From Podarcis erhardii (Eukaryota), in assembly GCA_964252035.1 (NCBI GenBank), contig OZ176208.1: a stretch of 64,000 bases of DNA; one strand, given 5' to 3'. Position numbers and translations under genes: made by a program. Below the pieces are notes generated by a model. The model made no database searches, was not told the origin of the DNA, and saw only the letters and a list, made by a program, of their open reading frames with translations. Positions 51,901-64,000 of this stretch are shown piece after piece. Numbering within the stretch: position 1 is the stretch's first letter; the number at the start of each line of letters is the position of its first letter.

Positions 51901-52056
51901 TCTTGTTCACCATCCGCTCCAGTAACTCTGCCCTCCACTATCTCCACTACTGCAAATTTTAGAAAAAGATCTTAAATTCGAAACACACCAGCATATAAAT
52001 ACCCCCTTCCAAAGAATGACAAATCTATGAGCTTAAAAAGCAGCGTTGGAGTTTGA

Positions 52057-52203
52057 GTTTGGGATAGCTCAGTTGGTAAAACATGAGACTCTTAATCTCA
52101 TGGTCATGGGTTCTAGCCCCACGCTGGGCAAAAGATTCTTGCATTGCAGGGGGTTGGACTGAATGACCCTCATAGTCCCTTCCAACTCTACAATTCTATG
52201 AAT
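52057..52203 (+). mobile_element. tRNA-Lys(CTT)-derived SINE with CR1 tail
   Basis: Head tagctcagttggtaaaacatgagactCTTaatctcatggtcatgggttctagccccacgctgggca joined to gcattgcagggggttggact..tccaactctacaattctatga. Confidence 0.8.
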
Positions 52204-52689
52204 ACAATCAGCACATAGTGCATAGACTGAATTGTTCCAAGTGTTCCCCCTTATCATCGACGTAGACAAGAACCAACCTGATCACACCTGAAGAACTTAA
52301 ATATGCAATGTTGAAAAAGTTGTGTTGACCTCAGTTTTATACTACTATGAACTTCTTAGAAAAGTGAGACATAAATGGATAAAGAAAGAAATGTACATTA
52401 ACTCACTTTTACTGAAATTCAAAATACACTGCAATTCTTGAAGCATAGCCTACATAAAATGAATTCCTCTCCCATCACTAATTTGTGTGTACGCTTACAC
52501 ATAGAGCACTTCTCAGCCATCATACACATGTTTTCTTCCAAAAGGAAAGTAAATTCACCGCAATTCAGCTTGCTGTGAAAAGTAACTGAGGATTATGACA
52601 AAATATATGCTCCTATCACATATAAAAATCAAATAAGGGCTTTGTTATTTACAGGTTCGCACCTAACTTGGTGCAGGCTATATTGTTAC

Positions 52690-52809
52690 CTGGTTTGAGT
52701 GCCTTTTCTAAACCTTTGTAATAAGCCCAGTTTTCAGGATTTCTTTCTTGCAATCCTCTATATATCTCAGTGGCTTCTTCCAGCCTGCAGAGTTGTAACA
52801 GAAGTTCGC
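52690..52809 (-). CDS. NAA15: NAA15 exon 7
   Basis: [39 protein letters not shown]. Confidence 0.95.
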
Positions 52810-53399
52810 CTGTTAAAAATGCAGAGTTATAAATCAATCGTGAGAGGGTATTTAATATATACATATTTATATATATTGTGCCAATGAAACAATGTATTTC
52901 TAAGTATCATGGAACTAACCTTCAACATGATACATTTCCTACTTGTGTAGAGCCCTTTTCTATCAAGCAAAGCCTATATACTGCCACAGGCAAGGGATTT
53001 ACTTGTCTGAAGCTACTACAGATCATATGCATTGTTAAGATACAACAGTTGTCGCTAACAAAAAAAAGAGAGTCTTCACAAAGTTGCTGGGTAATATCTA
53101 ACAGACTTCTGAGTATCCAAACAGAACAGACCTTTCCCCCCTCACCCCCTGCATGCCCCCAAGATTTGCTATCATATTTTGCACGAATGTAACCTAATAT
53201 ACTTTTGTGTGAAGGGCACACAGACTACCAATATGTTCCAAATTTTTATTCAAAGCAAGAAAGGCCTGAAATACGCTTTAAAAAGAAATAAAAATACAAC
53301 CAAGGAATATGAAGATGCTGAATTCTGTACTTTTGAGGACTGGAGGAGATGAAAGTAACAGCAACAATATATAATATAGTCCTGCTAAGGTTTAAGCCA

Positions 53400-53775
53400 A
53401 TTATTATTAAATTTCATTTATGAATCATTTCCATTGGGGCATCTCAAAGCAATTACAATAAATTGACACAATATATAAAACCAGTTAAAAGCAAAACATT
53501 AAAAAATTATAAAGTTTAAATCACCACCACATATGGAAAATCAATTCACATTCAGGACAGGTACCAGCTGGGATAAAGATTTTAGAAAGCTTGTTGAAAG
53601 AGCACTGTCTTTAGCAGGCACCAAAAAATAAACAGATAAGACGCCTGTCTGATATGCAAATAGGAGAGTTCCAAAAAGCAGGCAATGCCACACTGAAAGT
53701 CCCAATGCCTATAGCATGTGGAATGGACCTCCTGATAAGATGGTTATCTGCAGGATGGCCTCTGCTGCAAAATAT
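53400..53775 (-). mobile_element. decayed L2 3' fragment
   Basis: Reverse L2 tail pattern (tttattattaaatttc..gtctttagcaggcacc..gagagttcca). Confidence 0.45.
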
Positions 53776-54263
53776 AGCTATTGCTTGTGTATGTTATCTG
53801 TGAGAAGTGCACTTGTATGAGAACATCTGCCCTTTGTTGTTGGGACTCAGCTCTTTCATCAAGAATTCTATGGAAGATATTCAACATAGAGCTAGCAAAT
53901 CATTCCAACAGTGCAAGCATTTCTGTTCTCTCTTCACCCCTGTCCCTCCCACTACTTAACCCAAGGTACCACTGTATAATATATTCAATTAAGTTCAAGA
54001 TTTAAGGCCAGCTTGCCTCCAATTTTTCTTGCTTCCTGGTTACAATACAAAGTCACACCCACTTACCAGATTGTTGACAGCCTTTAAAAGAATCAACTCT
54101 ATTATTAATTTAACAGGTAGAAAAATACATAGCACTCCCAAATTAATATATAGTACACTTTGAACTTGCCAATTATGTAGTAATTGTATGGTAACTTATT
54201 TCTTATTCATTTAATATTTCTCGTTGAGAACAGGCTTAGGAACAAGAGAATCCTATTGGCTCA

Positions 54264-54443
<180 letters not shown>

Positions 54444-54913
54444 TCAGTATTCATCCTTTTAATGTTAGCATTGCAACCAAAACCACACATGAACTGATCA
54501 GGGTGACCTGTATGAGGAAAAAGGGCTGACCATCTGGATTGTCAGATGTGACCCATATACGTACAGAAAAAAAGAGGGAGATTTTGAACTGGTAATGCCA
54601 CCTGTATGTGGCTCTTCAATCTCCCAAACATTGTCCTTTGCTGAATCAAAATAGCACATGTACCAGCCAAACACATGGTTGGCATTGGTAGTTCTGAAAG
54701 AAACGATCACTTATGGAAGGATGGGAATACTCAATCCATGCATGTTTTCTACTTTTGGATGATTGATTACATCAATCATCAGCTCCATAGGGAGAATCTG
54801 ATAGGTAAATGTTTTTACCTAGTCCTTAAGAGACACAAAATATTATATTTTATTTTTCCATTTTGATTCTGATTATTTTAGTTATATACAAACTTGGTTG
54901 GTTTTTTTTTTCA

Positions 54914-55114
<201 letters not shown>

Positions 55115-55619
55115 TCAACAATATTAATCAAGAAATCAATGACAAGAGTTCAAAATTTAAGGTTTCAACATATAAAAACCTTCATATACATTTCGTACAG
55201 AATCTCTGAAAAACAGTTTGATCAATGTGACTATTCCAGACTGTGTTTTTAAAGAAACCTGAATGGTGCTGATGACAGAACTAGTATAATTTTTGTAGTA
55301 AATCCTGAGCACTATCAACTATGGCATCAACACAGCTAAGGATAATAATGACTAAATCTGTGTGGAACTAAGCAATGAGATGAGTTAATAACAACTTGAA
55401 CAAAATACTAATACCTGACAACTTTACTAACATCTCAGGCTTCTAAGAAGAAAGGCACTAGGAAGAACAGCTGTTGAATTACGACACAGAAATGTAACTC
55501 AGAAACCATTTTAGAAATCAAACAATCCAGACAAAAAAAGGCCATCACTATTTTAGGATTGCATTATAAAGGGAAAAGGTGGACAATTCTTTCTGCAGAA
55601 CCAGTGTAACTATCTTGAT

Positions 55620-56160
55620 CTTCCAGATCAAGAGACGTAATAGTATTATTACTCTATTCTGCCTTGGCCAGACCACAGCTGGAGTACTGTGTCCAGTTCT
55701 GGCTGACACAATTTCAGAAGGATATTGAGAAACTGGAACGTGTGCAGAGGAGGGCAACAAAGATGATCAAGGGTCTAGAAACCAAGCCTTATGAGGAATG
55801 GTTGAGAAAGTTGGATATGTTTAGCCTGGGTAAGAGAAGACTGAGGGGAAATGTGATAGCCATCTTCAAATATCTAAAGGGCTGCCACATGGAAGATGGA
55901 GCAAGCTTGTTTTCTCCTGCTCAGGAGGGCAGGACATGAAGCAATGGCTTCAAGTTACAAGAAAGGAGATTCCGACTAAACATCTGGAAGAACTTTCTGA
56001 CAGTGGAACAGACTCCCACAAGAGGTGGTAGACTCTCCTACTTTGGATGTTTTTTTAAGCAGAAGTTAGATGGCCATCTGTCATGGATGCTGTAGCTGAC
56101 ATTCCTGCATTGCATGGAATGACCCTCAGTATCCCTTCCAACTCTAAATTTTATGACTCT
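55620..56160 (+). mobile_element. CR1 LINE 3' end
   Basis: [48 protein letters not shown] plus CR1 3' UTR and tail. Confidence 0.92.
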
Positions 56161-56279
56161 GTCTTTGATAATCTGAACCTAGTTCTTCGACAAGTCAGCT
56201 AGCAGAAATGAGCATTATTCTAATCACTTAAGAAAGCACTATATGTGAAATCATTTTGTACTCAACTAAATCCCTACCA

Positions 56280-56339
56280 CATGCTCTGGTCCATGGGGTC
56301 ACAAAGAGTCAGACACGACTAAACGATTAAACAAGAACA
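56280..56339 (+). mobile_element. BovB (RTE) 3' terminal stub
   Basis: gtccatggggtcacaaagagtcagacacgactaaacgattaaacaagaaca; TSD AAATCCCTACCA (56268-56279) / AAATTCCTACCA (56340-56351). Confidence 0.75.
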
Positions 56340-56418
56340 AAATTCCTACCAAATTATTATGGTAGAAAGCAAGGCAAAAAGGTTTTGCTCGCTCATACTT
56401 TTCATAGTTTAAGAACTA

Positions 56419-57240
<822 letters not shown>

Positions 57241-57649
57241 TCATTACCAGCTGTGCCAAGCCAATAGTAATACATATTTTGAAGTTTTATGAACAGAGAA
57301 ACTGGTAGCAGAGACTTCTATCAGTAGATTTTGTTTTAAATTCCAAGCAGCATTTCTATAAATCTGAAAGCAGGGATATGCCTATTACACAGAAGTGCTT
57401 CTGCATCTTTAAGAGCAAATCCCTTTTCTGTTGGAAGATGCCCTTAATTTTTGTTCAAACAAATAATTCCTTACTGATTGAACATTTATTTGTAGTAGAT
57501 TCCCAGAAGGGTAACTGTATGTGCTATGACTGGCAGGTTTCAGTGGATCTTAATTGTTTCAAATGTGCATGATCTCAGGAGGAATTTATCTCTCCGCAAG
57601 AGATCTGTGACTGGATGTCGTGCCATACCTTTCTTCTATTAAAAGCAGT

Positions 57650-57691
57650 ATTTGTTGGGTCTCTGGACCGTAATAAAGATTGATTGATTGA
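57650..57691 (+). mobile_element. 42-bp 5'-truncated non-LTR retroelement end
   Basis: AATAAA plus (GATT)3 tail; perfect 13-bp TSD TATTAAAAGCAGT at 57637-57649 and 57692-57704. Confidence 0.7.
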
Positions 57692-58465
57692 TATTAAAAG
57701 CAGTGGTATATGGGATGGGGCATGTTTTGTGTTGAAGAGAAGAATGGGATAAGATTATTTACGGTCCAATCTTTTTAGGATGAAAACAACAAAGTGCCCA
57801 TCCGCAGGCAGAACCACACACCCCAAAGTCACTTTGAAAGGTTGGGAGACTATCTAGAGCAGATGTTGGGAAAACAGTGGATAATAGAAAAAGGAGAAAT
57901 CCTATACCTGATCAGAGTCTATTTGTGCGACTCTGGATATCACCCACAGGTTTTTTAATCTGTATTTTAATTGTGCTTTTAATTTTTAATTGCTTTTATT
58001 GTTCTATACTGCATTTTAATTGTTGTATCTGTTTTGTGAGCCACCAAGAGAACTTATTTCATGAGATGGTAAATTCAGTTAATAAATTAAGTTAGTGCTC
58101 CTCGGCATAGATTCCCAATACAATTCCCTCCATCCCTAAACCTGCTGTGCTTAATTAGTTAGTGCCCATTTTCTTCTCTGCAGCTAATAACAACTTGGGG
58201 CAAAGGGTCAATTTGTATCATGGAATTGACATTAGGTGTGGGGAGTGGGGGAGAGATCTCATCCTTCAGGTAGTGCCAGATAGGCAACAGCATCTGTATA
58301 AGCTGATTCAATAAGTTTAAGATAACTCCTGAAGAAGGAACTTATTCCAAACCTCGTTGCGCTACAATAAACATTCCAAGCTGGCACTGAGAATTTCTGC
58401 ATTCTTTTTGTTTCTTCTGCCTCCCTCCTGGCTTTGTGTGTGTTCAAACACATACAAAGATTGCG

Positions 58466-58671
58466 TGGGGCAATCTTAAGCCAGAAGGGCTTTAAGCACC
58501 ATGACCTGTTGCATGCAGAAGGCCTCAGGTTCAATCTCTGAAATCTTCAGTTAGGGCCAGAAGAAACCCCTGCCCAAACTACTGGACAGCCACTACCAGT
58601 CAGTGTTGACAATACTGAGCATAATGGATTAATGGTCTCTGACTCAGTATAAGGCAGCTTCCTATGTTCCT
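58466..58671 (+). mobile_element. degenerate tRNA-derived SINE
   Basis: gcatgcagaaggcctcaggttcaatctc B-box region; tail cagtataaggcagcttcctatgttcct. Confidence 0.6.
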
Positions 58672-59275
58672 CTAAGCTAAGAAAGTGGGATGTTCTACCT
58701 TAGCATACTGCCTCTTCCCAAAGTCACCCTCCCCAACCCCACAAGCCTTGAAAACAGAAATGAGTTTGGTTAGAATAGCAGCCAGGGAGAAGGGATTGTG
58801 GGGATGTAGGCAAGACTGAAGAAGGGTTCAGGGCCTGTCTCTTCTCCATATGCAATCACCCACTCCACTTTCTGTATTTCAGTGCCAAATGCTGTTTCAA
58901 GGCAGTTCTGTCACCATCACATCTACTACCACTTTCAGTTTTTCTTAGCAGTTTACAAGTCTAAGAAATGTTCCAACATATCATGAATGTGGATACACAG
59001 GAGAATAATTGCCCTTCAGTTACAGACCTTTGTATACTTGCCAAAATCATTTTGGCCATTTTTTCAAAAGGTCTTTCTATTTAGGCTTTGTTTTCATGAC
59101 TGGAATGAGGCTGAAGTTTTTTAAAAATTCAATTTCATAATTCAAATTGAATTGTAGACATATATTGCTACCCAATCCAAACCATAAGGATGAGGCAAAC
59201 TATAAATATAAGCCAATTTTAAAACTTAATATGTTCAGAACCAGGACTTGTTTATGTAGAAGTCTGAAGACTCAC

Positions 59276-59360
59276 CTCCATGTTCTGCAAACTTTGGATT
59301 GGAAAGAATTTGTTTGCAAAATTTCAAACCATTTCTGTACTGTTTATGTTCATAACACCT
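59276..59360 (-). CDS. NAA15: NAA15 exon 2
   Basis: [28 protein letters not shown]; ag / gtgagt. Confidence 0.95.
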
Positions 59361-62300
59361 CTGTAAAGACAAAAAAAAAATCCACAACAACTGTAACAAA
59401 TGTGATAGAAATAAGCTACACTCATAAACCCTTAACCATATCAAGCAAGAATGAATCCAACCAAGTCATTGCATGAGCAGAGCAATTTTTGCTCACGCGG
59501 CAGAACTTCCCCTCCATCCCCTGTGCACCTCTACATCCAGCCAATTTGCTCTTGGGGAGTGGGTTGAGAAAACCAGATTTGGGGATGTTCACAGGGACAG
59601 GAGAGGGAGGGAAGTGGCTTTGTGTGAGCTAAAATTGTTCACTCATGCAAACATTTTGTTGGATATAACTTAGTTTTGAAGGGATACGTGGGTGGCAAGT
59701 TTAAACATGAGGGATCCCTTTAGTCGCATGTGTTAACAGTTTCTAGCACAAGTATTTCTGCTCTTATTGTGTTCTGTATACAATTAAAGGTTGGGAGAAA
59801 CAAATTTCAGGAGTAAAGAACATGATTCTTCCAAACACTTCAGCAAAATGATAAATAGATATTAGTAAGAAGAAAGTTATTCCTAGTCTATTCCTGAAAC
59901 TGACTTGCCCCATTGCAATTCACTGTTAAAAGCCCAATGATTTATTACACAGGTAGTATATCATAAAGTTCTTGACAGTTACATCACAAGTTTTGCTTTC
60001 ATCGCAGAATGTGATTGAAGATTTCATTTTTCTAAAAACTAAGGAGAATCAAAATAAGCAAAGTATCTTCTAGAGCATTAGTGATCACCATCAAAGTCCA
60101 AATCAGAAACCTGGGAATGTGGGGGGCGGGAATGAGTCACCGCCAGAATCCTAACTTCATGTTGTTAATTGCCCTCCTGGCCCCCAACTTTTTGCAAGTT
60201 TTAACCCCTTCCGTACAAATTTTTGTTCATTGTTCACAATATAGTTAAGTGAAAAATCATTTCTTGTTGAAATAAATTCCCTATTGCTATTGAAATGCAA
60301 ATTATGCAAAGAAATCATGTATTTTCGCATTTATAATTTCTATCTGTTGATTTACAGATAAGAAGCCATCTCACTTTAAGTGAGACCACTGGTCAGTGCA
60401 TCCAGCACAGCAACATCTAATTGAAGAGCCCATGTCAGTCCAAAGTGTCAGGTACTCAAGATTCTTTGGCCACATTTGTACATCACAGAAAATCAGAGTT
60501 TGAAGTTAGTGTGTTTCAGACAAAGCATTGTTACTATTAACAACAGTTTGTCAGTTCAGGTGGAATGACAAACAGCATTTCCGCAGACATGAAGCTTCTG
60601 AGCTTATCCTCCCAGCTATATAACAGGAGGGTAGGGTAGAAGCAAGTGAGCCTGAAATTCACATCACATCAAATTATGGTTTAAAGTGTGAACTCAGCCA
60701 GTCTCTGGAAATGGCATGGAGAAAACTGGGACTTATATATAGCAAAGCACAAGCCCTGAGTTATGGCTCATCCCAATTGTGTAAGTTTCACAGTAAAAAT
60801 AAAACTGTCCACATAAGAGTGATAAAACAGCCATAAAGGCTGCATGCTAAATAGTATGCAGCCATATTGAATGTTAACTAACTTATCTTAAGAACCAACT
60901 TTCTTTTTTTAAAACAACAACCCTCAAAACTAATTTACTCTTGGGGAGGATGCTACTAAAGAACTTAGGTTATTCTACATACACATGCTTGGGAAAGTAT
61001 GTTCGTTAACATTCATTAATGACTAGATTAAGAGACCCATAAGTAATTTCAAAATCATTCTGAAGCTCCACATTTTCTGAATCAATCGAAGTCCATCTGT
61101 GGCACTATCAATAGTTCTTCAGCCCAAAAGAAACATTATTGTCTATGTATTATAAAACTTAATTAGAATTAATGTATAAAAGATCTACAGTGCTCAATGC
61201 TCAACAGTTTGGCACAGTAGGTTTCTTCCATCACAAGCTGCCTTTGAAATTTGGGAAATGGTGTGTTGTGATTTTACTCCCATACTCAATTTTGTCTTTT
61301 TAGATATAAGGGCAGAAAAAGAAAAAGAAATAACACCCCATGGAGTATCATCTCTCTAATAAGCTGTCGTTAATAAGGAATTTATTGCTGGGGGAAGTCA
61401 TTTATTCTTCACATTGCTAAATTAAGAACAGCCCATTAGCTGCTCCTGTAGCTTAGCTATAAACTTGTTTACACAATCAGAATTCAGAAGGTCACTTTCC
61501 CAAGAGAGTACCCTTTGAACCACCTCTCTGCATCCTTATTAAGAACTTCTGGCTGTAGCAGCTCAAGTCATCTGGGCTATTATCAATGCAATAGTGAACT
61601 GATGCTGCAGCTGAAGCCAAACCTGCTGTTTAGGTTGCATATACAGATACTCTGTGGCTGAATTCCATGTACTTTCACTCCTATTGAAGTTTGACCTATA
61701 TAATAATTACATCCATAAACATTTAATGTCTTGCCTATGACTGATCTTGCTTTGCCAAAACAGCAATAACTTGAATCTAGTTAAGATGCTTCATTACTCT
61801 GTTGAGTAGGGAGCTATCCTACAGATTCTATCAGTGACTCTCCAGGGTGTGTCCTAAAGTGTCATGCTGAGCTGGAAAAACAGCCCCATGTTTCCAAATG
61901 TCTACACAAGATAACAACCACATTGAGACTACTGTCTTCTTAACTCACTTCAGATTTACCAAGGAGCAATATGAACACTGAGAAGGGAACAGTCACCTTT
62001 ATTTGGGCTAGTGATAACTGTGGTCATCAACTTAATTTGCTCTCCATATTTATAAATAGCCCTTCAATTCAATAATTAACTCCAAAAGTCATTCAGACCA
62101 AAACCATTCTGCAAATAAACAAACTACTAAATATACAAATAGTGCCGATTCTCCCTATGGTTATTGTTACCTCTGAATGCGAGTAAACATTTTAATTTAT
62201 TTAATTATTGCATTTTTACCGCAGTGTCATAGTTTTACACTCTAACCACTACATCACACACCACTGTGCCACACTCCCTTTTACATATATGCACTGGGAA

Positions 62301-64000
62301 GCATGTTTTAAATTCTACATTTTTTCATGCAGTGACCAAGTGACTGTAGCTTATTTCTGCTAAATTGTTTAAGTTATCAGCGCTATTATGAAAGGAAGGA
62401 TGCTACAGGCAATATTTGAAAACAAGACATTCAAAGTTTACTTAGTAATTAGTGCAAATTTCCACAGTGCATAAGCTCACTATACTGGTTGCTTACCAGT
62501 TTGAGTCTAGCTAATCTAAACTTATTTAAAGCATTAATCTACCAACTGGTGGCTTGAGGATTTGGTTACATCCAAGTTGAAGTGGGTTGTACCAGTTGCA
62601 GCACTACTACCTTTTTTGTTTGGAATGCTATTATCTCGGAAGGAGAAAGAAGAGAACAGGGAGCATGGAGAAGTGGGGAGAACAAGAAAAGAATAGAGAA
62701 GGAGAAAATCCAAGAGAAAGATGGACATCTATCAGAAAAATGAGAAGCAGAACATATGTTGCATGTTGGGTCTGAAAAACCGAAGACTACTGGCATAAGG
62801 GGTACGGGATAAACAAGTAATAGAGTACAGATATAATTCCTTGCAATAAAAATGAAATGTTAATGCAGATGATCAGTTATAGAGAATGCTAACCATGAAC
62901 CTATTGGCAAATTCATGATCTATAGTGACACACAATATGTTTCTTGCAGTAGGCATATAATCATGCATCCACAGTGACACCGATAAAGGATTTATGCAAA
63001 ATCAGTGGAAAGCTATGCAGGAGTTTATTTGTGTAGTTTTGTATCTTGATGACAAAGTTTTTAGAGAAAAACTGAAAAGAGAAATACTGTATCCTGAAGG
63101 CCAAATGTCTCAATCATTCTTTCCAAAGTTTTCCAATCACAATAAGTTTTCATTGGCCAGGTTCACATGTAATGCTAAATCACAGTTCAGTTAAACAATG
63201 AAGCCTTAAAATCATATCCACCACCCTTTCTTCAGAACAGCTTCAAGGATATTAGAAGCTTCTGCTTTAGACTAACCACAGTTTAGTTTATCTCTTAACC
63301 AAAGCTAATCTCAACTATGGTTTGTGGAAACAGAGCAGAAAGAAAGCAGGAGTCTTCCATCTCCTCTAGAGAGGCAGACGGAAGTTGCTAAAGATTATTA
63401 ATCAGTTTGTAAGCTGCAGAACAGCCTCTTCAGCTTCTGAATGTGTAAGGCAACCCTACCAATGCCCACACAGTCTCTTCTTACACTGGAAATTCTCCAG
63501 AGGATGCTAACTGGTGATATGCTACTTTAGAAGTGATATCTGATGGCAAGGAATTATAACTGAGATTTGAGGCTTGGTTTAATTAATGATACATAAATGG
63601 TATGATACAGAGCTCTAAAAGCAATAAGGCTTCTTAAACTACAGATGACCCAAAGGTGAAATTCCTATACAATCCTTACTTATCTATGGGAAATGAATAG
63701 TTAGTATCTAGTTAACTTATCACCATTCAAGCAGGTAAGTTTAGAGAGACCCCAAATACCAGAGTTTTCATTTAAGATTTAAAAAATTGAAAATATGCCT
63801 ACCAAAATAAAATTATGAGGACACTAGGGGGATATTTGCCTTTCCTATTAAAGGTCACCCACCTGCCTTATGTTTCTACCATTGGCCTGGTTCACACATC
63901 ATGGTAAGCCACAGTCTGAAACAAACTTTGGTTTACTGTGAATGAGCCATTGGCATATGCCTCACTCCTCCCTTTGCTGAGCTGAAAGGCAATAAACCAC

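Noticed and set aside
52058-52130. Functional tRNA-Lys gene
   Set aside because: Mismatched acceptor stem, altered T-loop (GTTCTAG) and direct fusion to a CR1 tail indicate a SINE
62640-62730. Purine-rich stretch and overlapping short ORFs
   Set aside because: Low-complexity intronic sequence with no splice or homology support
59361-64000. NAA15 exon 1
   Set aside because: No MPAVSLPPKE-like coding segment and no CpG island in this stretch; it must lie beyond the window

Overview
Vertebrate genomic DNA, most likely a squamate and probably a lacertid lizard (inferred from Sauria-type SINEs, a BovB tail, L2/CR1 LINEs, Penelope-like elements and hAT/Tc1-mariner MITEs). Gene order: SETD7 last three coding exons (+, 225-2643); an unnamed 6-coding-exon gene for a 224-aa four-transmembrane CD20/MS4A/sarcospan-like protein that the ORF track largely misses (+, 19156-26068); RAB33B (-, 2 exons, 230 aa, CpG-island promoter); NAA15 exons 2-20 (-, 36244-59360; exon 1 not found and presumably beyond the right edge). 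NAA15 intron 3 has U12 (minor spliceosome) signals. Main points of interest: (1) the tetraspan gene, whose C-terminus ends in overlapping PPPY and YxxM motifs; (2) three young fold-back Penelope-like insertions built around a minimal hammerhead ribozyme (perfect 96-, 79- and 72-bp arms, target-site duplications, one with a 17-nt insert matching nearby flank), plus an older decayed hammerhead copy. There is a 140-N assembly gap at 35152-35291. Exons were mapped by hand from translation and splice sites. Homology calls are from memory of the protein and repeat families, not from searches; repeat family names are tentative.
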